Source: Thermoanaerobaculia bacterium
GTDB lineage: Bacteria; Acidobacteriota; Thermoanaerobaculia; Multivoradales; JAGPDF01
Reading direction: 5' to 3'
Length of the DNA stretch: 64,000 bases
Assembly: GCA_050186295.1 (NCBI GenBank)
Contig: JBFWYP010000004.1
Location: 81,773-145,772 of the forward strand
The translations under genes and the position numbers were made by a program. The notes under the pieces were generated by a model. The model was not told where the DNA came from. It saw only the letters and a list, made by a program, of their open reading frames with translations, and searched no databases. Below, one piece after another: positions 10,013 to 19,114 of the stretch. Every line of letters begins with the position of its first letter. The first letter of the stretch is position 1.

Positions 10013-12448
10013 CTACGGCGCCCAGGGGGAGGCGGTCACTTCGAGGTGGCGGACGAAGGCGTCGCGGCAGGCCGTCGAGCGCGCGGTGAGATCGGCAAGC
10101 TCGGACCGCTCGCGGAACGGCGCCAGCAGCGGACTGCGATCGGTCTGAGGCACCATGCAGAAGCCGCGCTCGACGGCGCGCGCGAAGAACAGCGCGGCGC
10201 GGTCGAGCTCTCCCGCGGCGGTGGCGAGGGCGCCGTTCTTGAAGTCGACGTCGCCGTCGTGCACCGTCCGGTTGCCCGAGCTCGCGAGCTCGTCGATCTT
10301 CCGGCGCACTTCGTCGCGCGGCGCTCCCTCGAGCCAGGCGGCGACGAAGCCGAGCCCCCAGCCGGGTTCGGAGAGCGCACGCACCAGGCGCCGCGCGGCA
10401 TCGAGGTCCTGCCGGCCGAGCGCCGCGAACAGCTCGACGTAGAGGTGCCAGTCCGAGTCGTCGCGGGTGCGGAAGTAGCTCCGCGCGAGCTCCTCGTCGC
10501 CGACGTCGAGCGCCACCCAGACGCAGTGCCCGAGACGCGACTCGTGCGGGTCGAGCCGCATCCCCGCTTCGCAGCGCTCGACCGCCTGCTCGTGCAGGCC
10601 GCCGTAGCGGAAGACGTAGGCGAGACCCGCCTGCGCCGCCGCGCTCTCGGGACGCCGCTCCGCCAGCCGCGCCGCGGTGTCGAACGCCGTCGCGAGCTCG
10701 CCCGCCTCGGTCCAGACCCAGATGAAGCCGGCCGCCGCCTCGACCGACTCCGGGTCGAGCACCAGAGCGCGCTGCATCGCCTCGAGCGAACGCTGCATCG
10801 CCGTGTCGCCGCCGCCGCCGTAATGCGCCTGCTGGTAGACGCGGTAGCCGAGCTCGCTCCAGGCCGGCGCGTAGTCGGCGTCGAGTGCCAGCGAGCGCTC
10901 GAGCAGGTCGATCGCCGTCCGGTCGGCGAACGGCCGCGACACGGCGCGCAGGAAGAGCTCGTATGCCTCGCCGTTGCCGGGCACGGCGCCGGGGGCACGC
11001 GTCGTCGACACGACTCCGAGCGCCGGCAGAAGCCCCTGTTCGAGGCGGGCCGCGATCTCGCGGTCGAGCGCCAGCAGGTCGCGCCGCGCCACGCCGAGGC
11101 TCTCGTTCCAGAGCACCCGGTTCCCGGCGACGGTGAACGCCTCGAGCGCGACGCGGAGCTCGCTCCCCTCGGCGAGGAGGTGCCCGGTGAGGACCGTCGC
11201 CGCGTCGAGCGTCCGTCCCGCGTCGGCGGGGTCGACGTCGCCGCCGTCGAAGCGGCGCGAGCGGCTGAACGGCCGCACCGTGAGCGCCGGCGTGCGCGCC
11301 AGGAGCGTCGTCATGCCGTCGGCGAGCGCCAGGCGGAGATAGTCGAGCCCGGCGTCGCCGGTCAGGTTGTCGAGCGGCAGGACGGCGATCGACGGCGGTC
11401 TTGCCGGCGCCGGCGCCGCCCGCGCCGCGGACTCCGCCACCGGCCTCGTCGCCGCGGCGACCGGTTCCGCCCCCTGGCGCCGGGAGACGACGAAGACCGC
11501 GACGAGGAGCGCGGCGACGGCAACGGTAGCCGCACCCGCGAGCCAGCGCCCGGAGCGCCGCGCACGCCCTCCCGCCGGGAGGTGGCGCGCCTCCTCCGCC
11601 GCCGCGCGCAGCGTGCCGGCGAGATCGCGCGCCGATGACGGCCGGTCGGCCGGATCCTTGGCGAGCATCCGCCGGACGATCCGCGCCAGCTCCGGCGGCA
11701 GGTGCGCCGCGCCCGAGGCGAGATGCCGCGGCTCCTCGCGCAGGATCGCGGTCATCGTCTCGGCCTCGGTCGGCCGCGCGAAGGCGCGTTCGCCGGTGAG
11801 GAGCTCGTAGAGGACCGAACCGAGGGCGAAGAGATCGGAGCGCTCGTCGGCCGGCTCGCCGCGCACCTGTTCGGGGCTCATGTAGCCGGCGGTACCGAGC
11901 ACCGCGCCCGTGCCGGTGAGCGAGCTCCGCGTCGACGCCTCGGCGACGTCGCCCACCCGCGACGGCCGGTCGAGGACGCGCGCCAGGCCGAAGTCGAGGA
12001 TCTTGAGCCCGCTCTCGCGTGCCAGGAACAGGTTCTCCGGCTTGAGGTCGCGGTGGACGATCCCCTTGGCGTGCGCCGCGGCGAGGCCGTCGGCGATCTC
12101 GGCGGCGAGAGCGGCGGCGCGCGCCGGCGGCAGCGCGCCGCGGCCGAGCGTCTCGCGCAGCGTCTCCCCTTCGAGGAGCTCGGTGACGAGGTAGTTGCGC
12201 CCGCCGTCGGCGCCGACGTCGTGGACCGTCAGGATGCGCGGATGCTGGAGCGCGCTCGCCGCGCGCGCCTCCTGCTCGAAACGGCGCAGCCGCTCCGGAT
12301 CGCGCGCCAGCGCCTCGGGCAGCACCTTGATCGCGATCTCGCGCCCGAGCCGCGTGTCGCGCGCGCGGTAGACCTCCCCCATCCCGCCCGCGCCGAGCGG
12401 CGCGACGATCTCGTACGGTCCCAGGCGCAGCCCGGCTTCGAGGGTCAA
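10013..12448 (-). CDS. Ser/Thr protein kinase with a TM segment and an extracytoplasmic TolB-N-like/TPR sensor region
   Basis: The N-terminal 45 aa are nearly identical to the kinase at 2942 (MTLEAGLRLGPYEIVAPLGAGGMGEVYRARD). Kinase motifs HRDLKPENL and DFGLAR. A TM helix sits at about aa 300-320. Next comes the SIAVLPLDNLTGD motif typical of Acidobacteria kinase-associated periplasmic domains, followed by TPR-like helices. Confidence 0.85.
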   Translation of the reverse strand: MTLEAGLRLGPYEIVAPLGAGGMGEVYRARDTRLGREIAIKVLPEALARDPERLRRFEQEARAASALQHPRILTVHDVGADGGRNYLVTELLEGETLRETLGRGALPPARAAALAAEIADGLAAAHAKGIVHRDLKPENLFLARESGLKILDFGLARVLDRPSRVGDVAEASTRSSLTGTGAVLGTAGYMSPEQVRGEPADERSDLFALGSVLYELLTGERAFARPTEAETMTAILREEPRHLASGAAHLPPELARIVRRMLAKDPADRPSSARDLAGTLRAAAEEARHLPAGGRARRSGRWLAGAATVAVAALLVAVFVVSRRQGAEPVAAATRPVAESAARAAPAPARPPSIAVLPLDNLTGDAGLDYLRLALADGMTTLLARTPALTVRPFSRSRRFDGGDVDPADAGRTLDAATVLTGHLLAEGSELRVALEAFTVAGNRVLWNESLGVARRDLLALDREIAARLEQGLLPALGVVSTTRAPGAVPGNGEAYELFLRAVSRPFADRTAIDLLERSLALDADYAPAWSELGYRVYQQAHYGGGGDTAMQRSLEAMQRALVLDPESVEAAAGFIWVWTEAGELATAFDTAARLAERRPESAAAQAGLAYVFRYGGLHEQAVERCEAGMRLDPHESRLGHCVWVALDVGDEELARSYFRTRDDSDWHLYVELFAALGRQDLDAARRLVRALSEPGWGLGFVAAWLEGAPRDEVRRKIDELASSGNRTVHDGDVDFKNGALATAAGELDRAALFFARAVERGFCMVPQTDRSPLLAPFRERSELADLTARSTACRDAFVRHLEVTASPWAP

Positions 12449-12728
12449 CGGCCGGATTGTACGGGACGGCTCTCCGGGGAGGCCGACCCGTCGATGCCGG
12501 CCTTCCGGCGCGGCACTGGACAGCCGGCGGTTCCGGGTCTGCGCTGCGACTCGACAACATGGATCTGCGGCGGACTGTCCGTGCTCTTCCGGAGCGCCTC
12601 GTCGCCCTCGACATCTTCTGCTTCGCGCCGATGGCCGCGCTCGCCGGCGATGACCTCCTCACCAGGACCGACACCGTGACGACGATCGCCGCCGCGATCC
12701 ACATTTCGCCGCCCGGAAGGCGCCGGCG

Positions 12729-13127
12729 CTACGCCGAGGCGACGAGCTTCGCCAGGGTGTGGCGGTGGCAGTGCGGCTCGTCCTCGGCGCAGTGGCAGAG
12801 GAGCGTCACCGGCCCGCGCGCGGCGAGCTCGCGCAGCAGCCGCAGGGTGAACTTCTGGCCGTGGTTCTTGATCGTCGCGCAGCGCGCGTCGACCGGGCCG
12901 TCCTCCGCCATCTCGGCGCGATACCCCTTCACGAACGCCGCCCAGGAGATCTTGCCGTCGAGCACGCTCCGCAGCAGCTCCTCGCTCGGCGCGAGATTGG
13001 GCATCCAGACGTCGTAGCGGTCGGTCGGCATGCCGCGGCCGCGGAACCGGGTGGCGAGGACACGGAGGCCGTCGGCCTTCGGGTCGATCGGGCTGTGGAC
13101 GCTTCGGGTGCGGAGATGGAGGGGCAT
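12729..13127 (-). CDS. DUF488 family protein
   Basis: Internal ATG at 13127 (aa 35 of the track ORF), with a GGAG RBS about 8 nt upstream. Motifs RYDVWMPNLAPSEELL and LLCHCAEDEPHCHRHTLAKL. Confidence 0.65.
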   Translation of the reverse strand: MPLHLRTRSVHSPIDPKADGLRVLATRFRGRGMPTDRYDVWMPNLAPSEELLRSVLDGKISWAAFVKGYRAEMAEDGPVDARCATIKNHGQKFTLRLLRELAARGPVTLLCHCAEDEPHCHRHTLAKLVASA

Positions 13128-13264
13128 GGGGACTCTCCGGAGAGTTCGCCTCAGCCTACTCCGCCCCGCGCCGGCTTCGCGACCAGCGGCGGCCGCGGCC
13201 ACCTGCCGCCAGGAATCCCCGCGCGCCATGTCTCCTTCCGGCCGGTTTCCGCGTTCTTCCCGGC

Positions 13265-14653
13265 ATGAGAGCCCAGCGACCCCTTGGCCGACTCCTCGTG
13301 CGCGGCGCGCTCCTCGCCTGCGCCGCCCTGCCCGTCCCCCTCGCCCCGCTCGCCGCCGCCGACGGCGATCTCGACACCTCCTACGACGGCGGCGCCTTCA
13401 CCCTGGCCTGGGTCTCCGGAGATGCCCGGGCCAACGTGGTGCTGCCGATCGCCAACGGGCAGCTGCTGGTGGGCGGCACGGTGGGCGAGCCGGGGGGCAA
13501 CGACGGCTGGGGGGTGGCGAAGCTCGACGCGAACGGCACGCGCGAGCTCGTCTGGTCGCTCGTCTTCGAGATCGTCTACGCCAGCGACGAGACGATGGCG
13601 ACCAACCGCGAGCTGCTCGCCATGGGGCGCGACGCGAGCGACCGGACGATCCTCGCCGGCGCGATCAACGCCGGAATCGGTTTCGAGATCCCGATGCTCG
13701 CCCGGCTCGGCACGAACGGTGGGCTCGACGACACCTTCGACGAGAACGGGATCCTCCCGATCGACGACATGCCGGCCGCCTGGAACGAAATCCACACGCG
13801 GGCGGCCGCGGTGCTGCCCGACGGGCGGACCGTCCTCGCCGGCGACTGCAATCACTGTCCGACCGACGGCGAGAAGTGGATCTGGGTGACGCGGCGGCTC
13901 GCCGACGGATCGCCCGACACCGGCTTCTCGGGCGACGGCTGGCACTCGTTGCGGTACACCGCCGACGGCCCGTCCTACGTCGAGGCGCTCGTGGTCGACG
14001 AAGCGGGCCGGATCACCATCGGTGGCCGGGTCGGGCTCCCCGGCGAAGACGCGTCGTATCTCGCGCGGCTGGTCGCCTCGAGCGCCTTCGACGGCAGCTT
14101 CGGCGGCGGGGACGGGATCGCCGGCCCCTTCCCCGACCTCCTCTTCAACGACCTCGCCCTCGATCCGTCGAGCGGGCGGATCGCCGCGGCCGGCGGAGAG
14201 TCGTACAGCCACGGACAGCTCAACGTCTTCACCGCCGCCGGCCTCCCCGACACGACCTTCTCCGGCGACGGCCACGTCGATCTCGACCTCGAGGAGGGAA
14301 CCGGGATCGAAGGGGTGGCGTTCCAGAGCGACGGCAAGCTTGTCGCGGTCGGCGGGATCGACGCCAACGGCACCAACAACGGCGGCTTCTTCCTCGCCCG
14401 GCGGCTGGTGAACGGCAACGCCGACCCGAGCTTCGACGGCAACGGCGTCAAGCGCATCGAGTTCGACGCCGCGCCGAACGTGCGCGACGAGGCGCTGGCG
14501 GTGACGACGATGGGCGGGCGCCTGGTCGCGGTGGGCTACGCCGGCGCCGGCGGCGGCCACGACGCGGAGATGGCCGTCGTGCGCACCGAGAACGCCGGCA
14601 TCTTCCTCGACGGCTTCGAGCGCGGCACGACCGGGGCCTGGTCGGGATTCTGA
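13265..14653 (+). CDS. Secreted delta-60-repeat beta-propeller protein with a C-terminal FERG..AWS tail
   Basis: Signal peptide MRAQRPLGRLLVRGALLACAALPVPLAPLAAA. It has about 7 repeats carrying the D(T/P)(S/T)(F/Y)(D/S)G.G motif, e.g. LDTSYDGGA, LDDTFDENG, PDTGFSGDGW, FDGSFGGGDG, PDTTFSGDGH, ADPSFDGNGV. The C-terminus is IFLDGFERGTTGAWSGF. Confidence 0.7.
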   Translation: MRAQRPLGRLLVRGALLACAALPVPLAPLAAADGDLDTSYDGGAFTLAWVSGDARANVVLPIANGQLLVGGTVGEPGGNDGWGVAKLDANGTRELVWSLVFEIVYASDETMATNRELLAMGRDASDRTILAGAINAGIGFEIPMLARLGTNGGLDDTFDENGILPIDDMPAAWNEIHTRAAAVLPDGRTVLAGDCNHCPTDGEKWIWVTRRLADGSPDTGFSGDGWHSLRYTADGPSYVEALVVDEAGRITIGGRVGLPGEDASYLARLVASSAFDGSFGGGDGIAGPFPDLLFNDLALDPSSGRIAAAGGESYSHGQLNVFTAAGLPDTTFSGDGHVDLDLEEGTGIEGVAFQSDGKLVAVGGIDANGTNNGGFFLARRLVNGNADPSFDGNGVKRIEFDAAPNVRDEALAVTTMGGRLVAVGYAGAGGGHDAEMAVVRTENAGIFLDGFERGTTGAWSGF

Positions 14654-14818
14654 TCGCCGGAACGTAACGATCCTCCGCTCCTGGCGTTGGAACCTTCGAG
14701 CGCGCCGAGACTGCGTGCCCGGTCGGTTCCGCCGTGCGGCGAACCGATCTCCCGAGATCCGGGTCGACGAGCTCCGCACACGCGGCGAGGTCGGCCGAGC
14801 CGCTGGCGGAGGAGATCG

Positions 14819-15463
14819 ATGCGTCGATGGCGTTCGAAGCTGCAGTCGAAGTGGGGAATGCGACTCCTCTGGCTGGTGCCGCTCCTGTCGCTCGTCTTCG
14901 AGACCGACCTGACGGCGCTGATCTGGATCGGCACGACGCTGATCGCGCTGATCTTCGTTCCGGCGGCCCGCCAGGCGACGCTGGCGATGGTCTACCGGAA
15001 CGTGCCCCTCTCGCTCGCGATCGGCACCGCGATCGGCGGCTCGCTCGCGCTTCTCCTCGATCCCTGGCTCGAGCCGGCGCTCGAAGCGTGGACCGGTTCG
15101 AAGATCGACCTCTCGCAGCTCGAGAAGCTGCCGGGCGATCCGGGGCAGTACGTCGTCTGGCTGATCCTCGGCATGGGCTTCGGCGGCTTCTGGGAGGAGC
15201 TCTCCTTCCGCGGCTACTTCGTCGGCTGGGGCACGAAGCTCTTCGGCAACTGGACCGCGCTCCCCCTCACTCTCGGCCTCGCGCTCGTCTTCGGCGCCGG
15301 CCACATGTACCAGGACCTCCCCGGCGCCATCTCCACCGGCATCAGCGGCCTGATCTTCGGGCTGACCTACCTCGCCTGCGACCGCAAGCTCCTCCCCGCG
15401 ATCACCGCCCACGCCGTCGCCAACTTCACCGGCGTGACGCAGATCTACCTCTACGGGTTGTAG
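14819..15463 (+). CDS. CPBP family intramembrane metalloprotease (CAAX protease/Abi)
   Basis: ATG at 14819 is preceded by a GGAGGAG RBS. Multi-TM protein with motifs EELSFRGY, FGAGHMYQ and HAVANF. Confidence 0.75.
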   Translation: MRRWRSKLQSKWGMRLLWLVPLLSLVFETDLTALIWIGTTLIALIFVPAARQATLAMVYRNVPLSLAIGTAIGGSLALLLDPWLEPALEAWTGSKIDLSQLEKLPGDPGQYVVWLILGMGFGGFWEELSFRGYFVGWGTKLFGNWTALPLTLGLALVFGAGHMYQDLPGAISTGISGLIFGLTYLACDRKLLPAITAHAVANFTGVTQIYLYGL

Positions 15464-15510
15464 CGCCGACCCGACTCACGACGAGCCAGCCCTTCCCTCC
15501 GGGCCCCGGG

Positions 15511-16668
15511 TCAACCTGCTTCCGCGGCCAGCTCCTCTGCGTAGCGCTGGTAGGAGAAGATCCGTCCGCGTCGCCGCTTCGTGAGCTCGGCCACCAGCCC
15601 CAGCTTCTCGAGGTGTACGAGCGACTTGTTGACCGTGGCGGGAGTGAGTCCCGTCGCCTCGACGAGCGAGCCGGAGGTCGAGATCGGCTGCCGCTGCAAC
15701 GCCTCGTGCACCGCGAGCGCCGACGGCGCCGCGCGGCCCAGGCCGACGATGCGCTCCCGATCCTCGGCGACCAGGGCGAGGAGCGCGTTCGCCGTGGCGA
15801 CCGCCTGCGCCGCGCTCACCTCGACTCCCTCGGCGAAGAACTCGAGCCAGCTCTCCCAGTCGCCGTGGAGTCGCACCTCGTTCAGCAGCTCGTAGTAGCG
15901 AGCGCGGTGCATCCGGAAGTAGAGGCTCGGATAGAGCATCGGCTCGCGCAGCACACCGTCGGCGACGAGCTGAAGGACGATCAGCAGACGCCCGAGGCGG
16001 CCGTTCCCGTCGAGGAACGGATGGATCGTCTCGAACTGCACGTGCGCGAGCGCCGCCTTGAGCAGCGGCGGCGTGGCCTCGGACTCGTCGTTCAGGAAGC
16101 GCTCGAACTGCCGGAGACAGTCGGGCAGCGCGTTTGCCGGGGGCGGAACGAAGGCGGCGTTGCCCGGCCGAGTGCCGCCGACCCAGACCTGCGAGCGGCG
16201 GATCTCCCCCGGCATCCTGCTCTGCCCGCCGGGATGGGCGAGCAGCACTGCGTGCATTCCGCGCAGCAGTCGCATCGAGAGCGGCATCCCGCCGCGCAGC
16301 GCGGCGAGGCCGTGCTCCAGCGCCGCGACGCAACGACTGACTTCGCGGGCATCCTCCACCGGCACGCCCGGCTGCTCGTCGATCTCGAAGAGCAGCAGGT
16401 CGGCGAGCGAGGACTGCGTGCCTTCGATCTGCGACGAGAGCACCGCCTCCTTGCGTACGAAGCTGTAGAGCACGAGCGCAGCATTCGGCAGATGCTCGGT
16501 GAGTGCATCGAGCCGCCCCAGGGCAACGAGCGCGTCGTCGAAGCGTCGCCGCAACGCCGGCGACCAGACGATGGCCGGCTCCGGCGGCAGCGGTGCAGGC
16601 ACGAACGCCCGGAAGCGCTCGCCGGAGGCGGAGACTTCGACGTAGGTTCCGGGATCGGAGCGGTGCAT
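15511..16668 (-). CDS. Fic family protein (AMPylase) with an N-terminal inhibitory SxxxEG motif and a C-terminal winged-HTH
   Basis: Canonical HPFLDGNGRLGRLL Fic motif. An upstream SSQIEG matches the (S/T)xxxE(G/N) inhibitory helix. The C-terminal wHTH-like segment is ...EATGLTPATVNKSLVHLEKLGLV. Confidence 0.85.
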   Translation of the reverse strand: MHRSDPGTYVEVSASGERFRAFVPAPLPPEPAIVWSPALRRRFDDALVALGRLDALTEHLPNAALVLYSFVRKEAVLSSQIEGTQSSLADLLLFEIDEQPGVPVEDAREVSRCVAALEHGLAALRGGMPLSMRLLRGMHAVLLAHPGGQSRMPGEIRRSQVWVGGTRPGNAAFVPPPANALPDCLRQFERFLNDESEATPPLLKAALAHVQFETIHPFLDGNGRLGRLLIVLQLVADGVLREPMLYPSLYFRMHRARYYELLNEVRLHGDWESWLEFFAEGVEVSAAQAVATANALLALVAEDRERIVGLGRAAPSALAVHEALQRQPISTSGSLVEATGLTPATVNKSLVHLEKLGLVAELTKRRRGRIFSYQRYAEELAAEAG

Positions 16669-16743
16669 GAATATGGCTAGAAACCTGAAACAAGCGACCT
16701 CGTTATTTTAGATTAAGCTCCTTTTCTAAATCAACCTGCCTCC
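16669..16743. promoter_or_regulatory. AT-rich spacer (about 35% GC) between the DUF2779 stop and the Fic start; probably holds the DUF2779 terminator and the Fic promoter
   Basis: The sequence aaacctgaaacaagcgacctcgttattttagattaagctccttttctaaatcaacctgcc is a strong compositional outlier in an approximately 70% GC background. Confidence 0.3.
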
Positions 16744-18303
16744 TCAGCCCCGCTCTGCGACCAGCCGCTCGAGCGCCGCGACGATTTCGATCATCCCCGC
16801 GGTGTCGCGCGCGCAGTAGTCGAGGAGCGCGCGGCGGATCGACTCGCGCTCCGCCGCGGTGGTTCCGGGCGCGTTCGAGCGCACGAACTCGCGCGCCGCG
16901 AGCTGCCCCTCCTGGATCTCGAGCTCGTCGTAGCCGCGGTCGCCCAGCACCGGCAGCACCCGCTTGAGCGAGGCGCTGCCGCGCTGCGCCGGGTGGTAGT
17001 AGTCGAAGCGCGCGAACGGATCGAGCAGATCGACGAGCCGGCCGGTGACGCGCGCCGCCCACTCGACGTGCTCGGGAAAGTGCGCCGCCGTCTCGGCGAG
17101 CACCCGCCGCTCGAACGAAGCGTTGTAGACCAGGATCGCCGGCGGCGGTCCTCCCCCGGCGGCCGCGTCGAGCTCGCCGATCGCCGCCCGCAGCGCCGCG
17201 AGGAAGCCCGCTCGCGGATCGTCGCCGTCCGGCGCCAGCCAGGCGTCGGCGCGCGGCGCCGCACCCTCCTCTTCCAGCCGATGGAGCGAGAACTGGAACG
17301 GGATCTGCTGGTAGGGGCGCGTGCCATCGAACGGCGGCACGGCGGAGGCGAAGGTCTCGAAGTCGAGGAAGAGGCGCGGATACGGGAGCTGCTCGAGGAA
17401 CGAGGCGATCGCCGCGCGATTCACGTGCGCCTCGCCGGTGCGCGCCGCCTCGACCTGGATCCGCTGGTCGGCCTGGAGCTCCGCGGTCGCCGGCAGGGAG
17501 CGGAGGTCGCGCACGCCGCTCCCGTAGAGCTGCCACATCCGCTGCCCGCCGCGGCGGAGGTCGAGGAGGTCGTGCTCCGGCCGTTCGCCCCAGCAGTACG
17601 GCAGGAGCGGGCAGGTGTGCGGCGCCTTGCAGTGCGGACCGATCGCGATCTCCGGCTCCGCCGGAAGCGCCGCGACCGCGACGAGCTCGGCGACCCGCTG
17701 CGGAATCTCCCGCGCCAGCGCCGCGACCTGCTCGCCGAGATCGACGACGGTGAAGAGCCGCCGGAGATCGAGCGCCCCCTCGCGCACGTAGTCCGAGCTC
17801 AGATGCACGAGCGAGGTGCGACGCACCCGCAGCCCGGCCGAGCGCACGATCCAGGCCTGGAGCGCGAGATCCTCGACGTTCTCGTCCCTGGCGGACGTGC
17901 CGCTCTTCACCTCGTACAGATCCCAGGCGCCGGCGCTCCCCGCCTCTCCCCCGTCGTCGTCCACCGGCACCAGGATGTCGACCCGGCAGCCGACGTCGGC
18001 ATCGCCACCACCCTCGCCAGCGCCGCCAGCGCCGCCAGCGACGAACGTCGCCTCGTACAGCGGCAACCGCCAGGCGAGCGCATCGCGCGTCTTCGCCGCC
18101 GCCTCCATCCAGCGGAAGCGTCCACCGGTGATCTCCATCCCGCCCGGAAAGAGCTGCTGCGCCAATCGCCCCACCTCGTGCCCCTGATCGAACACTGCCT
18201 TCGTCGCGGCGTCCACCGGCGGCACGAGCTCCCGGCGATTCGCTTCGATCCAGAGCCGCTTGAAGCACTGCCGGCCGGCGAGGTAGCGGGATTTGGAGAG
18301 CAT
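16744..18303 (-). CDS. DUF2779 protein: Cas4/RecB-like PD-(D/E)xK Fe-S nuclease domain fused to a DnaQ-like DEDD 3'-5' exonuclease domain
   Basis: Starts MLSKSRYLAGRQCFKRLW, the family-typical N-terminus with the first Cys. A D...EVK nuclease core (VDILVPV...DLYEVKSG) and a CKAPHTCPLLPYC Cys cluster. The C-terminal half has Exo motifs LFLDFETF (I), YNASFE (II) and LLDYCARD (III). Confidence 0.7.
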   Translation of the reverse strand: MLSKSRYLAGRQCFKRLWIEANRRELVPPVDAATKAVFDQGHEVGRLAQQLFPGGMEITGGRFRWMEAAAKTRDALAWRLPLYEATFVAGGAGGAGEGGGDADVGCRVDILVPVDDDGGEAGSAGAWDLYEVKSGTSARDENVEDLALQAWIVRSAGLRVRRTSLVHLSSDYVREGALDLRRLFTVVDLGEQVAALAREIPQRVAELVAVAALPAEPEIAIGPHCKAPHTCPLLPYCWGERPEHDLLDLRRGGQRMWQLYGSGVRDLRSLPATAELQADQRIQVEAARTGEAHVNRAAIASFLEQLPYPRLFLDFETFASAVPPFDGTRPYQQIPFQFSLHRLEEEGAAPRADAWLAPDGDDPRAGFLAALRAAIGELDAAAGGGPPPAILVYNASFERRVLAETAAHFPEHVEWAARVTGRLVDLLDPFARFDYYHPAQRGSASLKRVLPVLGDRGYDELEIQEGQLAAREFVRSNAPGTTAAERESIRRALLDYCARDTAGMIEIVAALERLVAERG

Positions 18304-18428
18304 TGGGTCGCCCGGAGGCTGGGCGGAAGAGTATCGCTCCAGGCGGAGAAGACGGAGTTCGCCGGTGTGGCGATGGAAGTGCGACTAGCCCCCGGCGCTG
18401 TGCCAGAGGACCAAACAAATCCAGGCAG

Positions 18429-19100
18429 CTAGCCCGGCCGCTCCAAGACCCGGAAGTATGTATCGAGGTGGACGCGCTCCACGTTCCACTTCCTCGAGAC
18501 CTGGAGTGCGGCCTCTTGAAACCGCTCGTTGCTCTCCACGTCGATGTCGCCGATCTTCCGCCACGCCGGAGCAATGTCCGGCTCCAGCTCGTGGAGACGC
18601 CGGCCGGAGATACTGTCGAGAGGGACCTCGAACCAGTCCGGCGAAACCTTCGAGCCGAACTCGGACTTCAGGAACGCGTTGTAGTAGCAGTCGCGAAGAA
18701 AGATGTTCAGACACTTTCGCGCCAGCCCCCAGGCGCATCGTCCGACTCCAACGGCCTCCTGAATCCTGTCCGTCCAGCGATCGAGTGCCGCGAGGGGCCT
18801 CTTCTGGCCCGACACTCCAAAACTCGACAGGCGGACGTGAGAGAGCGCCGAACGAAGATCGTCGACGAGTCCAGCTTTCTGCCCTCGAGCCGTGGAAGCG
18901 CCAACGGCAAGCCTCGCGCATCGGAGATCAATGGCGAGATGCAAACTAGGCCGCTTCTTGAGAGAAGCCGCCGCTGGGCCCCGGGGTGAACGAGCGGATC
19001 CGCATCGGGGCCGGTGGTTGTCGGCCCTGCCTTCACTCTCAGCATCACTTCGGCATACGAGCCTGTCGCCGCTGTCGACTTCGCTTCGCCACGCTGGCAT
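18429..19100 (-). CDS. Hypothetical protein in the SIR2 operon; start uncertain
   Basis: The C-terminal 130 aa are protein-like and lower in GC (…CLNIFLRDCYYNAFLKSEFGSKVSPDWFEVPLDSISGRRLHELEPDIAPAWRKIGDIDVESNERFQEAALQVSRKWNVERVHLDTYFRVLERPG). The ATG at 19100 is 14 nt after the upstream gene's stop. The N-terminal part is compositionally poor, so the true start may lie further downstream. Confidence 0.4.
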   Translation of the reverse strand: MPAWRSEVDSGDRLVCRSDAESEGRADNHRPRCGSARSPRGPAAASLKKRPSLHLAIDLRCARLAVGASTARGQKAGLVDDLRSALSHVRLSSFGVSGQKRPLAALDRWTDRIQEAVGVGRCAWGLARKCLNIFLRDCYYNAFLKSEFGSKVSPDWFEVPLDSISGRRLHELEPDIAPAWRKIGDIDVESNERFQEAALQVSRKWNVERVHLDTYFRVLERPG

Positions 19101-19114
19101 TTGCGCATCCAACG

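Noticed and set aside
9864-12704. 946-aa minus-strand ORF and 530-aa plus-strand ORF overlapping the second Ser/Thr kinase
   Set aside because: They are low-complexity Arg/Gly/Pro-rich translations. The 10013..12448 frame gives clean kinase motifs.
17960-18050. Tandem GCC/GGC triplet repeats (cgccagcgccgccagcgccgccagcg) resembling a simple repeat
   Set aside because: They lie inside the DUF2779 coding frame and encode a Gly/Ala/Glu linker (GGAGGAGEGGG). They are not a CRISPR or VNTR feature.
18303-18989. Plus-strand 228-aa ORF in the spacer upstream of DUF2779
   Set aside because: It is not protein-like (RRCGDGSATSPRRCARGPNK...). The minus-strand frame over 18429-18830 is much more protein-like and co-directional with the operon.
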